A stretch of DNA of 64,000 nt from an uncultured Bacteroidota bacterium. GTDB lineage: Bacteria > Bacteroidota > Bacteroidia > Bacteroidales > VadinHA17. Below the pieces are notes generated by a model that worked only from the letters and a program-made list of their open reading frames with translations, was not told where the DNA came from and made no database searches. This document shows, one piece after another, positions 40,401-47,251 of this stretch (position 1 is the stretch's first letter; each line of letters starts with the position of its first letter). Where the stretch lies: the NCBI GenBank assembly GCA_903824785.1, contig CAIJYD010000111.1, forward strand, positions 71,059-135,058, given 5' to 3'. A program made the translations under genes and the position numbers.

Positions 40401-43400
40401 CTAAAAACTAAGCCTTAAGCCTGTAATAATATTCCGCATGAGCGGAGTATCGCTGATCCCGATTTCAGGATCCCATCCTTGCCATTTGGTCCAGACGTAT
40501 GGATTCTTACTTGAAACATAAATCTGACATGACTTCAGTTTTAATTTATCCAAAGCTCTCTGGCCCAGATTATAAGCAACCGAAACATCCTGTAATCTTA
40601 CAAAACTTCTGCTTTGATAGATTCCGCTTTGTCTCAAAGGATTATTATAAATTGCTGTTGTGTTGGTTGTAGGCGCATCGGGTCTCCAGTAAGCATTAAT
40701 TGCTGAGTTGTTCATTCTCTGTTGCATATAATAAAGTGGATTTATCATTGCAGCATTATCAGCTAAGTAATGATTATCACCTCCCTGTATTGAGTTAATA
40801 AAGAAAGAGAAGTTGAAATTTTTATAGGATAAAGTATTGTTAATACTGAATCTGTAACTTGGGGCACCGTATCCAATGATTTTTCTGTCTAAAGTAGGTT
40901 CAATCAGCAAGTCGCCATTCTGATCAACATATTTGAACTGACCGGGATACCAGCCTGCAAGAATAGTACGATTGAATAACTCTTCCTCGGACCAAACTCC
41001 TCCAGCCATTTCATAATCATATTTAGCAGATATTGGCTCACCAACAAACCATCCGTTACCGACATCTTTGTCGTTTTCACCACCATACAGTTTACTGATC
41101 TTATCTCTGTTCAAAGAGAAGACAAAACTGCTTTCCCATTTAAATACTCCATCAAAATTGATTGACTTTAGTTCAATCTCAACACCTTTATTATCAACTT
41201 CTCCCATATTTGCCCAGACACTTGCATATCCTGATGAAGGAGGAAGTTGTCTCTTAACCAAAACATCTGAGGTTTTAGCTGTGTAAACATCAATAGATCC
41301 TGTAATTCTGTTTTTCAGAATGCCAAAGTCAATTCCTGAATTGAATGATGCTGTTGTCTCCCATCCAAGATTTGCATTGGATAAAGAACTTGGATAAAGA
41401 GCGGTAGCTGTTGTTGAACCATATACATAATAAGTTGTTCCCATAGTTGATAAACTTGAGTAACGTCCGATTCCCTGGTTCCCGTTTTTACCATAAGATG
41501 TTCTTACTTTCAGATAAAATCCGAGATCTTTAAGAAATGGCTCATTGGAAGCAACCCATGCAAGAGAAGCAGAAGGGAATGTTGCCCATTTATTACCTGC
41601 TCCAAATCCTGAATAACCGTCTCTTCTTATAGTACCTGTAAACATATACCTTGACATAAAGGAATAGTTTATACGAGCCATATATGAAAGACTATTTTCT
41701 TCGTACCCTGATGATGCAACAGTTGCAATGGTACCAAGTCCCATATTATTATACCCAAGAGCTTCATTTTCAAATCCTTTTGCAGTTAGGGTTGAGGCAC
41801 TTCCATTAAGGTTTTCCCGGCTGAAAAGCAGAGTTGAATTAACCTGATGATTTCCAAAAGTCCTGTTGTAAGAGACAATATTATTAACGATCCAGTTTCT
41901 TCTTTCTGAAGGATTTTTGATCGCATATCCTTTGTTTTCTACACCTGCAGGTGTTCTGCTGTTATGATATGAATTAACATTCGCATTGTTGTATGTCTGT
42001 GAATAATTAAGTTCATATTTTAACCCTTTCACCCATGGGACAGTTATTTTAGCACTTCCTACTGCATACAATTCGTTGTTTACATTCAAATTATCAACAA
42101 ATAAATTAGCAAGAGGATATGGCTGGAATAATTCGCCACCCAGGTAGATATCATATTTTTCAGAACCAATGTTGTTATTTACCAATGGACTGGCAATTCT
42201 TGCACTGGAAAGACTTGCAGCAAGCCCTGAGTTGTCGCGGTATGAATATGATGTATTTAATCCAAGAGTAAGCCAGCTGTTAACTACGCTTTCCAGGTTA
42301 CTACGAACAGTTGTTCTTTTAAATTCATCATTAAGCTGGATACCATTAACATCAGAATATGATGTTGAAAGGAAATAAGATAATTTTTCAGAACCACCCT
42401 GAAGACTAAGATTATAATTCTGAATAGGGGCTACACGAAGAACCTCTTTTACCCAGTCAATTTCATTTCCGGCAAGATAATTCTGCTGCTCTTCATAAGT
42501 TCTAAGATGTGAAGAAACAACATTCCTGTTGGTAACGTCTGGTCTTACAGGTTGTCCTGCAACGCTTGTTGGGTTTGTTTTATACCAGGTATATAAATTC
42601 TCCTGATAATCCCAGTCAGCTAGCCTTGTTGCGAATTCATCTGAATTCATTACTCTCATAGGATTATTGGTCATATCCTGAAAACCTTTGTACATATCAA
42701 AAGAGATAACAGGTTTTTGTGTTTTTCCTTTTTTGGTTGTTATAAGGAGGACCCCGTTTGAAGATCTTGATCCATAAACCGCTGCAGAACTAGCGTCTTT
42801 AAGTATATCTATTGTTTCTACGTCGCTGATGTTAATGTTTGAGATAGACCCGTTATAGATAACACCATCGAGAACAATTAATGGCTGATCTGATGCTGAT
42901 AAAGAAGTCTGCCCCCTGATTGAAAGAGATGGTTCGCTGTATGCGCCGCCTCGTCCTTCAATATTAACACCTGCAGAAGCACCAGATAAGGCCTGAGAAA
43001 GGTTTACGTTTGCCTGAGAAACTTTATCAGCCATTGTTATTCTTGCTACAGAACCTGTTAAGTCACTTTTTTTCTGAGTACCATAACCAATAACGATAAC
43101 TTCATCAAGCCCGATTGAGGACTCAACCATAGTTACGTTAATCTGGGTCAGTGCACCAATAGCGACCTCCTGAGGTTCCATTCCAATAAAAGTGAATGTA
43201 AGGCTCTTGGCTCCATCAGTAATATCGATAACATATTTACCGCTGATATCAGTAATGGTACCTTTGGTAGAACCTGTTATTACTACGTTTACACCTGGAA
43301 TAGGGCCATTCTTGTCGGCAACAATACCAGATACCATTTTTTGCTGAGGAGCTTCCGGAATTACTCCAAATTGCTCATTTGAAGTAAGAATAACCTGCCG

Positions 43401-43742
43401 GTCATAGACAGCGTATTTTACTTTTTCTTTAAAGATATCATCTAAAATATCTTTAATAGTCTCATTTTCTGCATCAATAGTAACATTTCTATCAACGTCG
43501 ATCAGCTTAGGACTATAAAGGAAAAAAAACTCGCTCTGATTTTCAATTGCTTTAAGGGCTTCTGAAATTTTAACATCGTCAAGTTTAAGATTTAGCTTAG
43601 TCAGCTGAGAATAGGACTCAGTTGCCCAGAGCTGAATAATTGTAAAAAACGATAAAAACAGGGTTAGCTTCATGACTTTGATTGTTTTTTTTGATAAGAA
43701 TCCAAAAGAAATCCTATCATAATAATCTCGAAATTTTTTCAT
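40401..43742 (-). CDS. susC: SusC/RagA family TonB-linked outer-membrane transporter with an N-terminal signalling (STN) extension
   Basis: STN-like ISEALKAIENQSEFFFLYSPKLID. CarboxypepD_reg VSGIVADKNGPIPGVNVVITG..GTITDISGKYVI. Plug GYGTQKKSDLTGSV...PLIVLDGVIY..ILKDASSAAVYGSRSSNGVLLITTKKG. The barrel ends in GLRLSF. An alternative start at M24 (43673) gives a canonical signal peptide. Confidence 0.92.
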   Translation of the reverse strand: MKKFRDYYDRISFGFLSKKTIKVMKLTLFLSFFTIIQLWATESYSQLTKLNLKLDDVKISEALKAIENQSEFFFLYSPKLIDVDRNVTIDAENETIKDILDDIFKEKVKYAVYDRQVILTSNEQFGVIPEAPQQKMVSGIVADKNGPIPGVNVVITGSTKGTITDISGKYVIDITDGAKSLTFTFIGMEPQEVAIGALTQINVTMVESSIGLDEVIVIGYGTQKKSDLTGSVARITMADKVSQANVNLSQALSGASAGVNIEGRGGAYSEPSLSIRGQTSLSASDQPLIVLDGVIYNGSISNINISDVETIDILKDASSAAVYGSRSSNGVLLITTKKGKTQKPVISFDMYKGFQDMTNNPMRVMNSDEFATRLADWDYQENLYTWYKTNPTSVAGQPVRPDVTNRNVVSSHLRTYEEQQNYLAGNEIDWVKEVLRVAPIQNYNLSLQGGSEKLSYFLSTSYSDVNGIQLNDEFKRTTVRSNLESVVNSWLTLGLNTSYSYRDNSGLAASLSSARIASPLVNNNIGSEKYDIYLGGELFQPYPLANLFVDNLNVNNELYAVGSAKITVPWVKGLKYELNYSQTYNNANVNSYHNSRTPAGVENKGYAIKNPSERRNWIVNNIVSYNRTFGNHQVNSTLLFSRENLNGSASTLTAKGFENEALGYNNMGLGTIATVASSGYEENSLSYMARINYSFMSRYMFTGTIRRDGYSGFGAGNKWATFPSASLAWVASNEPFLKDLGFYLKVRTSYGKNGNQGIGRYSSLSTMGTTYYVYGSTTATALYPSSLSNANLGWETTASFNSGIDFGILKNRITGSIDVYTAKTSDVLVKRQLPPSSGYASVWANMGEVDNKGVEIELKSINFDGVFKWESSFVFSLNRDKISKLYGGENDKDVGNGWFVGEPISAKYDYEMAGGVWSEEELFNRTILAGWYPGQFKYVDQNGDLLIEPTLDRKIIGYGAPSYRFSINNTLSYKNFNFSFFINSIQGGDNHYLADNAAMINPLYYMQQRMNNSAINAYWRPDAPTTNTTAIYNNPLRQSGIYQSRSFVRLQDVSVAYNLGQRALDKLKLKSCQIYVSSKNPYVWTKWQGWDPEIGISDTPLMRNIITGLRLSF

Positions 43743-43836
43743 AGATTTGGATGGATTAAGTTTACTAAAGTTTTTAAGAGAAATCAGGTTCTTAGTCTGG
43801 CGGGATAGTGTGTCACCACTGTCCTGCTTTTTTTTT
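43742..43836 (+). ncRNA. Candidate cis-antisense sRNA (DonS-like): promoter box to terminator
   Basis: TAGATTTG (43742-43749) fits the Bacteroides -7 consensus TAnnTTTG on the + strand. The terminator at 43800-43836 would give an RNA of about 80 nt complementary to the susC 5' leader. No -33 element recognised. Confidence 0.3.
43800..43836 (+). terminator. Plus-strand intrinsic terminator in the fecR-susC spacer, antisense to the operon
   Basis: 11-bp stem GCGGGATAGTG / CACTGTCCTGC with a 6-nt loop, then nine T (43828-43836). Two stem positions are G-U wobbles in plus-sense RNA but C-A mismatches in minus-sense RNA. Confidence 0.5.
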
Positions 43837-43886
43837 AACTAGTTGTTCTTCATAGGCATAAAAGATTAATTAGGCAAGGTATTATT

Positions 43887-44975
43887 CTATTTGTTTTTTT
43901 TCGTTAAGATGACCTTTCTTTTTGCAAAAGTTCCGTTTTCTGTCACTTCCCGGTTCGAAATTGTATAACTGACAGGTGTCATTAGTGTCATAAGTTCCAT
44001 TACCTGAGGGAGTGTTTCATTTACAAATGTAGCAGTATAATTAAGCTCATTTAATTCAACATCTCTTATCTGTATGTCAACATTGAACCATCTGCTTAAT
44101 TTCCTGATAACCTGATCCATTGGTTCCGCATTAAAGATAAGTTTACCAAATCTCCATGAATAATAGCGGTTATCATTAATAGACCTTGTGGAAACCTCTT
44201 CACTAATCTTCTGGTAAACAGAAATATCGGTTGGTTTCATTACACGCAATGAGGAAGCTATACCCTTGGCGGATGGTTTCTGCAGTTCAACCATCCCTTT
44301 AATCAGGGAGATCTCAATATTATCTTCCTCAGGATAGGCCATAATGTTAAAAACTGTACCACGGGCGACAACCTGTAACTTGCCGGCTGTTACAATAAAA
44401 GGAACTTTTGAATTTGGTATCACCTCAAAATATCCTTCACCGTTAAGTTCCACCTTACGACTATTCCCACTGAAAAATGCAGGATACTTCAATGAACTGT
44501 TATGATTAAGCCACACACCTGAACCATCGGGCAATGTAACTTTTGTAATGGCGTCAACTGAGGAAAAAACTTCATTATACACCTGATTTACAGCAATATA
44601 ATCATACCTGGATGTCTCATACTTATAAGACATATAGAATCCGAAACCGAGAGCCGGCAGCAAGAGTACTGCTGCTGCCCTGAGAAGAATTTTCATAAAA
44701 TACTCTCTTCTTCTGAAATTAACAATATTATGATTTGATTTCTTCAGGATTTTTTTCGATTCTGAAAGATTTATTTCATGATGTATCCTTCCAAGCAAAT
44801 GGTCAAAATCAATCTGATTATTGCCCTCTTCCACCGCTAATTCATCCCATAGCTGCAATAAGACCGATTTGCCTTGTGGTGTTCTGGCTGATTCTACGAA
44901 CCATTCCAGCACAGAATCCAATTCCTCTCCCGAACAACTATTATTGCAATACTTTGTTAACAGTTCCTTATTCAT
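43887..44975 (-). CDS. FecR family anti-sigma factor
   Basis: 362 aa with an N-terminal cytoplasmic region, a single TM (AAVLLLPALGFGFYM), a periplasmic FecR domain and a C-terminal WFNVDIQI-type domain. It lies directly upstream of the STN-bearing SusC. Confidence 0.85.
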   Translation of the reverse strand: MNKELLTKYCNNSCSGEELDSVLEWFVESARTPQGKSVLLQLWDELAVEEGNNQIDFDHLLGRIHHEINLSESKKILKKSNHNIVNFRRREYFMKILLRAAAVLLLPALGFGFYMSYKYETSRYDYIAVNQVYNEVFSSVDAITKVTLPDGSGVWLNHNSSLKYPAFFSGNSRKVELNGEGYFEVIPNSKVPFIVTAGKLQVVARGTVFNIMAYPEEDNIEISLIKGMVELQKPSAKGIASSLRVMKPTDISVYQKISEEVSTRSINDNRYYSWRFGKLIFNAEPMDQVIRKLSRWFNVDIQIRDVELNELNYTATFVNETLPQVMELMTLMTPVSYTISNREVTENGTFAKRKVILTKKNK

Positions 44976-45154
44976 TATTTAATCGTATTATTTTGATTAA
45001 CAAGCACCTTCGGCAAATGCCGGAAGTGCTCGATTACCATGTTAACCAATTTTACCAAACCTAATTCTAAATAGTTAGACGCAGGAGATTGTATTTACCA
45101 CTACCTGCAAATGGATAAAAATGAATAATAATTAAAAGTATTTTTTAATGATAT

Positions 45155-45261
45155 GGGGTTGAAGGGGTTGAAGGGGTTGAAAGGGTTGAAAGGGTTGAAA
45201 AATGGCTTGCGGTTTGCGGTGTGCGGCGAAGGTTAAAGGGGTTGAAGGGGTTGAAAGGGGG
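45155..45261. repeat. Composite direct repeat, copy A
   Basis: Five tandem 9-mers (3x GGGGTTGAA, 2x AGGGTTGAA), then AAATGGCTTGCGGTTTGCGGTGTGCGGCGAAGGTTAAA, then 2x GGGGTTGAA. Confidence 0.9.
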
Positions 45262-45346
45262 AGGATATGGTAATTTAAAGTATCGTAACCGGATCTGGAG
45301 ATCCTTCGCTGGCGCTCAGGATGACAGGACTTTATGGGATCACATA

Positions 45347-45421
45347 GGGGGAAAGAAGTGGCGATTCGAAGAAAACTAGCGTTCAGGACAAATTGTTGGC
45401 GAATCGCCACTTCTTTCCCCC
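45347..45421. repeat. Perfect 22-bp inverted repeat with 31-nt spacer
   Basis: GGGGGAAAGAAGTGGCGATTCG (45347-45368) and CGAATCGCCACTTCTTTCCCCC (45400-45421) are exact reverse complements. Confidence 0.9.
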
Positions 45422-45761
45422 ACCCCCCGTCCTATGATACGAATTGTCATCCCGAATTCCTTCGCCGTCCTCATTTTAAGTCAACCTCTATATCAATATG
45501 GGCGAATGAATGAGGGATCTCCCTCTCTTATGACGACATTGATTAAAAGCTCATAATGTGCAAGTTATAAGATGTTGTTATTAGTAGCACAGTGAGGGAT
45601 TTCTGATTGGAAGAATGATAATTGTTTGCAGAATAAAGGCCATTCCAATGCGGCAGAGCACCGCAATATTAAATCCCAACCAATTATCAAGTGCAAATAT
45701 AAATAATCCAAACCAATAAGACAGAAAGTCACCTTTTACCTTAGGTCGCTATTTCAATGAA

Positions 45762-45841
45762 GGGGTTGAAGGGGTTGAAGGGGTTGAAAATGGCTTGCGG
45801 TTTGCGGTGTGCGGCGAAGGTTAAAGGGGTTGAAGGGGTTG
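45762..45841. repeat. Composite direct repeat, copy B
   Basis: 3x GGGGTTGAA, then AATGGCTTGCGGTTTGCGGTGTGCGGCGAAGGTTAAA, then GGGGTTGAAGGGGTTG. The core of about 60 nt is identical to copy A except for a one-nt A-run length difference. Same orientation, 607 nt from copy A. Confidence 0.9.
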
Positions 45842-45857
45842 TTTATTAAGGTATGTA

Positions 45858-46445
45858 CTAAACAAAAAGATAGCAGAATAGTAAGACTGTAAGGGAGTAG
45901 TTGCCTAGTTTTTCGCGGATCGTTTTAAGTGCGCGCGACATATGGTTTTCTATGGTGTTTTCAGAAATATTCAGGCGTTCTGAGATGTCGCTATATTTCA
46001 GACCTTCAACTCTGTGCAGAATATAAACCTCCTTCTGACGTTTGGGTAATGACTCAAGTATTTTATCAAGTTTATCAGAAAGTTCGTTATATTCAAGTTC
46101 CACATTTGCAGGTTCCTCGTTAATTTCCTGAAGAGACTTTAAATAATCAACAAATTCAGTATCCCTGACTTTCTTCCGCAGGTTGGATATAGCCAGATTG
46201 TAAGCTATGGTAAATACATAAGATTTAATTGAAGAGCCCTTGTTAACTCTTTTGCGACTTTGCCATAAATTAAGAAAAACATCCTGGATCAGATTTTCTG
46301 TCTCTTCCTGAGATTTAAGAAGTGAATAGCCGAATTTATATAATCTCGCTGAATACTTTTTATATAATAGATCAAAAGCAAACATATTGTCTGCCTTAAT
46401 CTCCTGCATTAATTCTTCATCACTATATGAAATAAAATCTTTCAT
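45858..46445 (-). CDS. ECF-type RNA polymerase sigma-70 family factor
   Basis: 195 aa. Region 2 (LIQDVFLNLW, YVFTIAYNLAISNLRK) and region 4 HTH (LPKRQKEVYILHRVEGLKYSDISERLNISENTIENHMSRALK). Confidence 0.9.
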   Translation of the reverse strand: MKDFISYSDEELMQEIKADNMFAFDLLYKKYSARLYKFGYSLLKSQEETENLIQDVFLNLWQSRKRVNKGSSIKSYVFTIAYNLAISNLRKKVRDTEFVDYLKSLQEINEEPANVELEYNELSDKLDKILESLPKRQKEVYILHRVEGLKYSDISERLNISENTIENHMSRALKTIREKLGNYSLTVLLFCYLFV

Positions 46446-46858
46446 AGAACCTCCAGATTCCCCTCATATTATACAAGTAACAACCACTTAAATTTATATA
46501 TTACAAACCTTCTAATCATCTAAAAGACAATATTATTCTACTCAGACATTAAAATTCTCTTTCGGGTTATTTCCCTCAAAAATAATTTATTACACTAAAC
46601 TCTACGGTTTAGCAGTATTCAAAAGTAATAAAATTTGGCTGAATATTTCAAAACAGTTGGTTTAATTTAATCAAAACAGCTTGGTACAAGACAAAACCAA
46701 CCCCTAGTTTTAACACGATAACCTTCAGACAAAGGGATTAGTTTAATCCAATACCCTACCCCTCCCAATGCTGATGCCAATGCGTGGAGTCGGGTATGTC
46801 ATTCCTTCAAAAGAACTGTATGTCCCTCCGAATAATGGTAAGTCCATGTTATAATCCG

Positions 46859-47185
46859 CTACAGACTAATTGCTTCAAAAAACAGAGTAAATGTAGCAGT
46901 ACCAACCAGTTTGAAATCAACTCCGGCAAGGAGAGAGGAACGCGGGGTCATTCCATTTGCCTTAGTTTCATCCCGGCTCTTTTTAAGCTGACCACTAATA
47001 ATTGTTGCGGAATTTATAGCTAATGAGGTGGTGTTGATAACAACAGACCCAACAGATCCGGATAAACCGGACAAACTTCCCGGAGATATTCTACCTGTCA
47101 ATTCGCCCTTCTGGGCATTAGTTTTAACCGGCAATAAAATCAATAAACAAACCAAACCCAACTGAATGACTTTATTTTTTTTCAT
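46859..47185 (-). CDS. Small secreted protein, function unknown
   Basis: Clear signal peptide MKKNKVIQLGLVCLLILLPVKTNAQ. The mature part is Ser/Gly/Thr-rich and beta-prone. 66 nt downstream of the 735-aa membrane protein. Confidence 0.45.
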   Translation of the reverse strand: MKKNKVIQLGLVCLLILLPVKTNAQKGELTGRISPGSLSGLSGSVGSVVINTTSLAINSATIISGQLKKSRDETKANGMTPRSSLLAGVDFKLVGTATFTLFFEAISL

Positions 47186-47251
47186 TTTATTGATGTCAGT
47201 ATTTATGGTGCTGACTCCGCCCTTTCGAATAGTATTTTTTTCGTTTTAGGT

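Noticed and set aside
45132-45410. 92-aa minus-strand ORF ending in ...QPFQPFQPLQPLQPHIIKKYF
   Set aside because: Its C-terminal half is simply the translation of the GGGGTTGAA tandem 9-mers, and the rest spans the palindromic repeat. It is low-complexity with no start context, so I treat it as a spurious ORF in a repeat region.
45565-45732. 55-codon GTG-initiated minus-strand ORF (VTFCLIGLDYLYLHLIIGWDLILRC...) inside the sigma/anti-sigma insertion, considered as a small hydrophobic peptide or toxin
   Set aside because: It has a non-ATG start, lacks a convincing ribosome-binding context, is short, and has no recognisable family. It cannot be supported from sequence alone, though it is worth checking if ribosome profiling exists.
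45155-45841. Possible CRISPR array, because of identical direct repeats
   Set aside because: There are only two copies, 607 nt apart, and each is about 80-107 nt long and internally made of tandem 9-mers. The window has no regular repeat-spacer periodicity and no cas genes.
46740-46861. Possible frameshifted C-terminal extension of the 108-aa secreted protein (alternate frame reads SVADYNMDLPLFGGTYSSFEGMTYPTPRIGISIGRG)
   Set aside because: The extension is only about 40 codons in another frame, with no homopolymer or slippery site at the junction. The beta-strand-like look is too weak to call a pseudogene.
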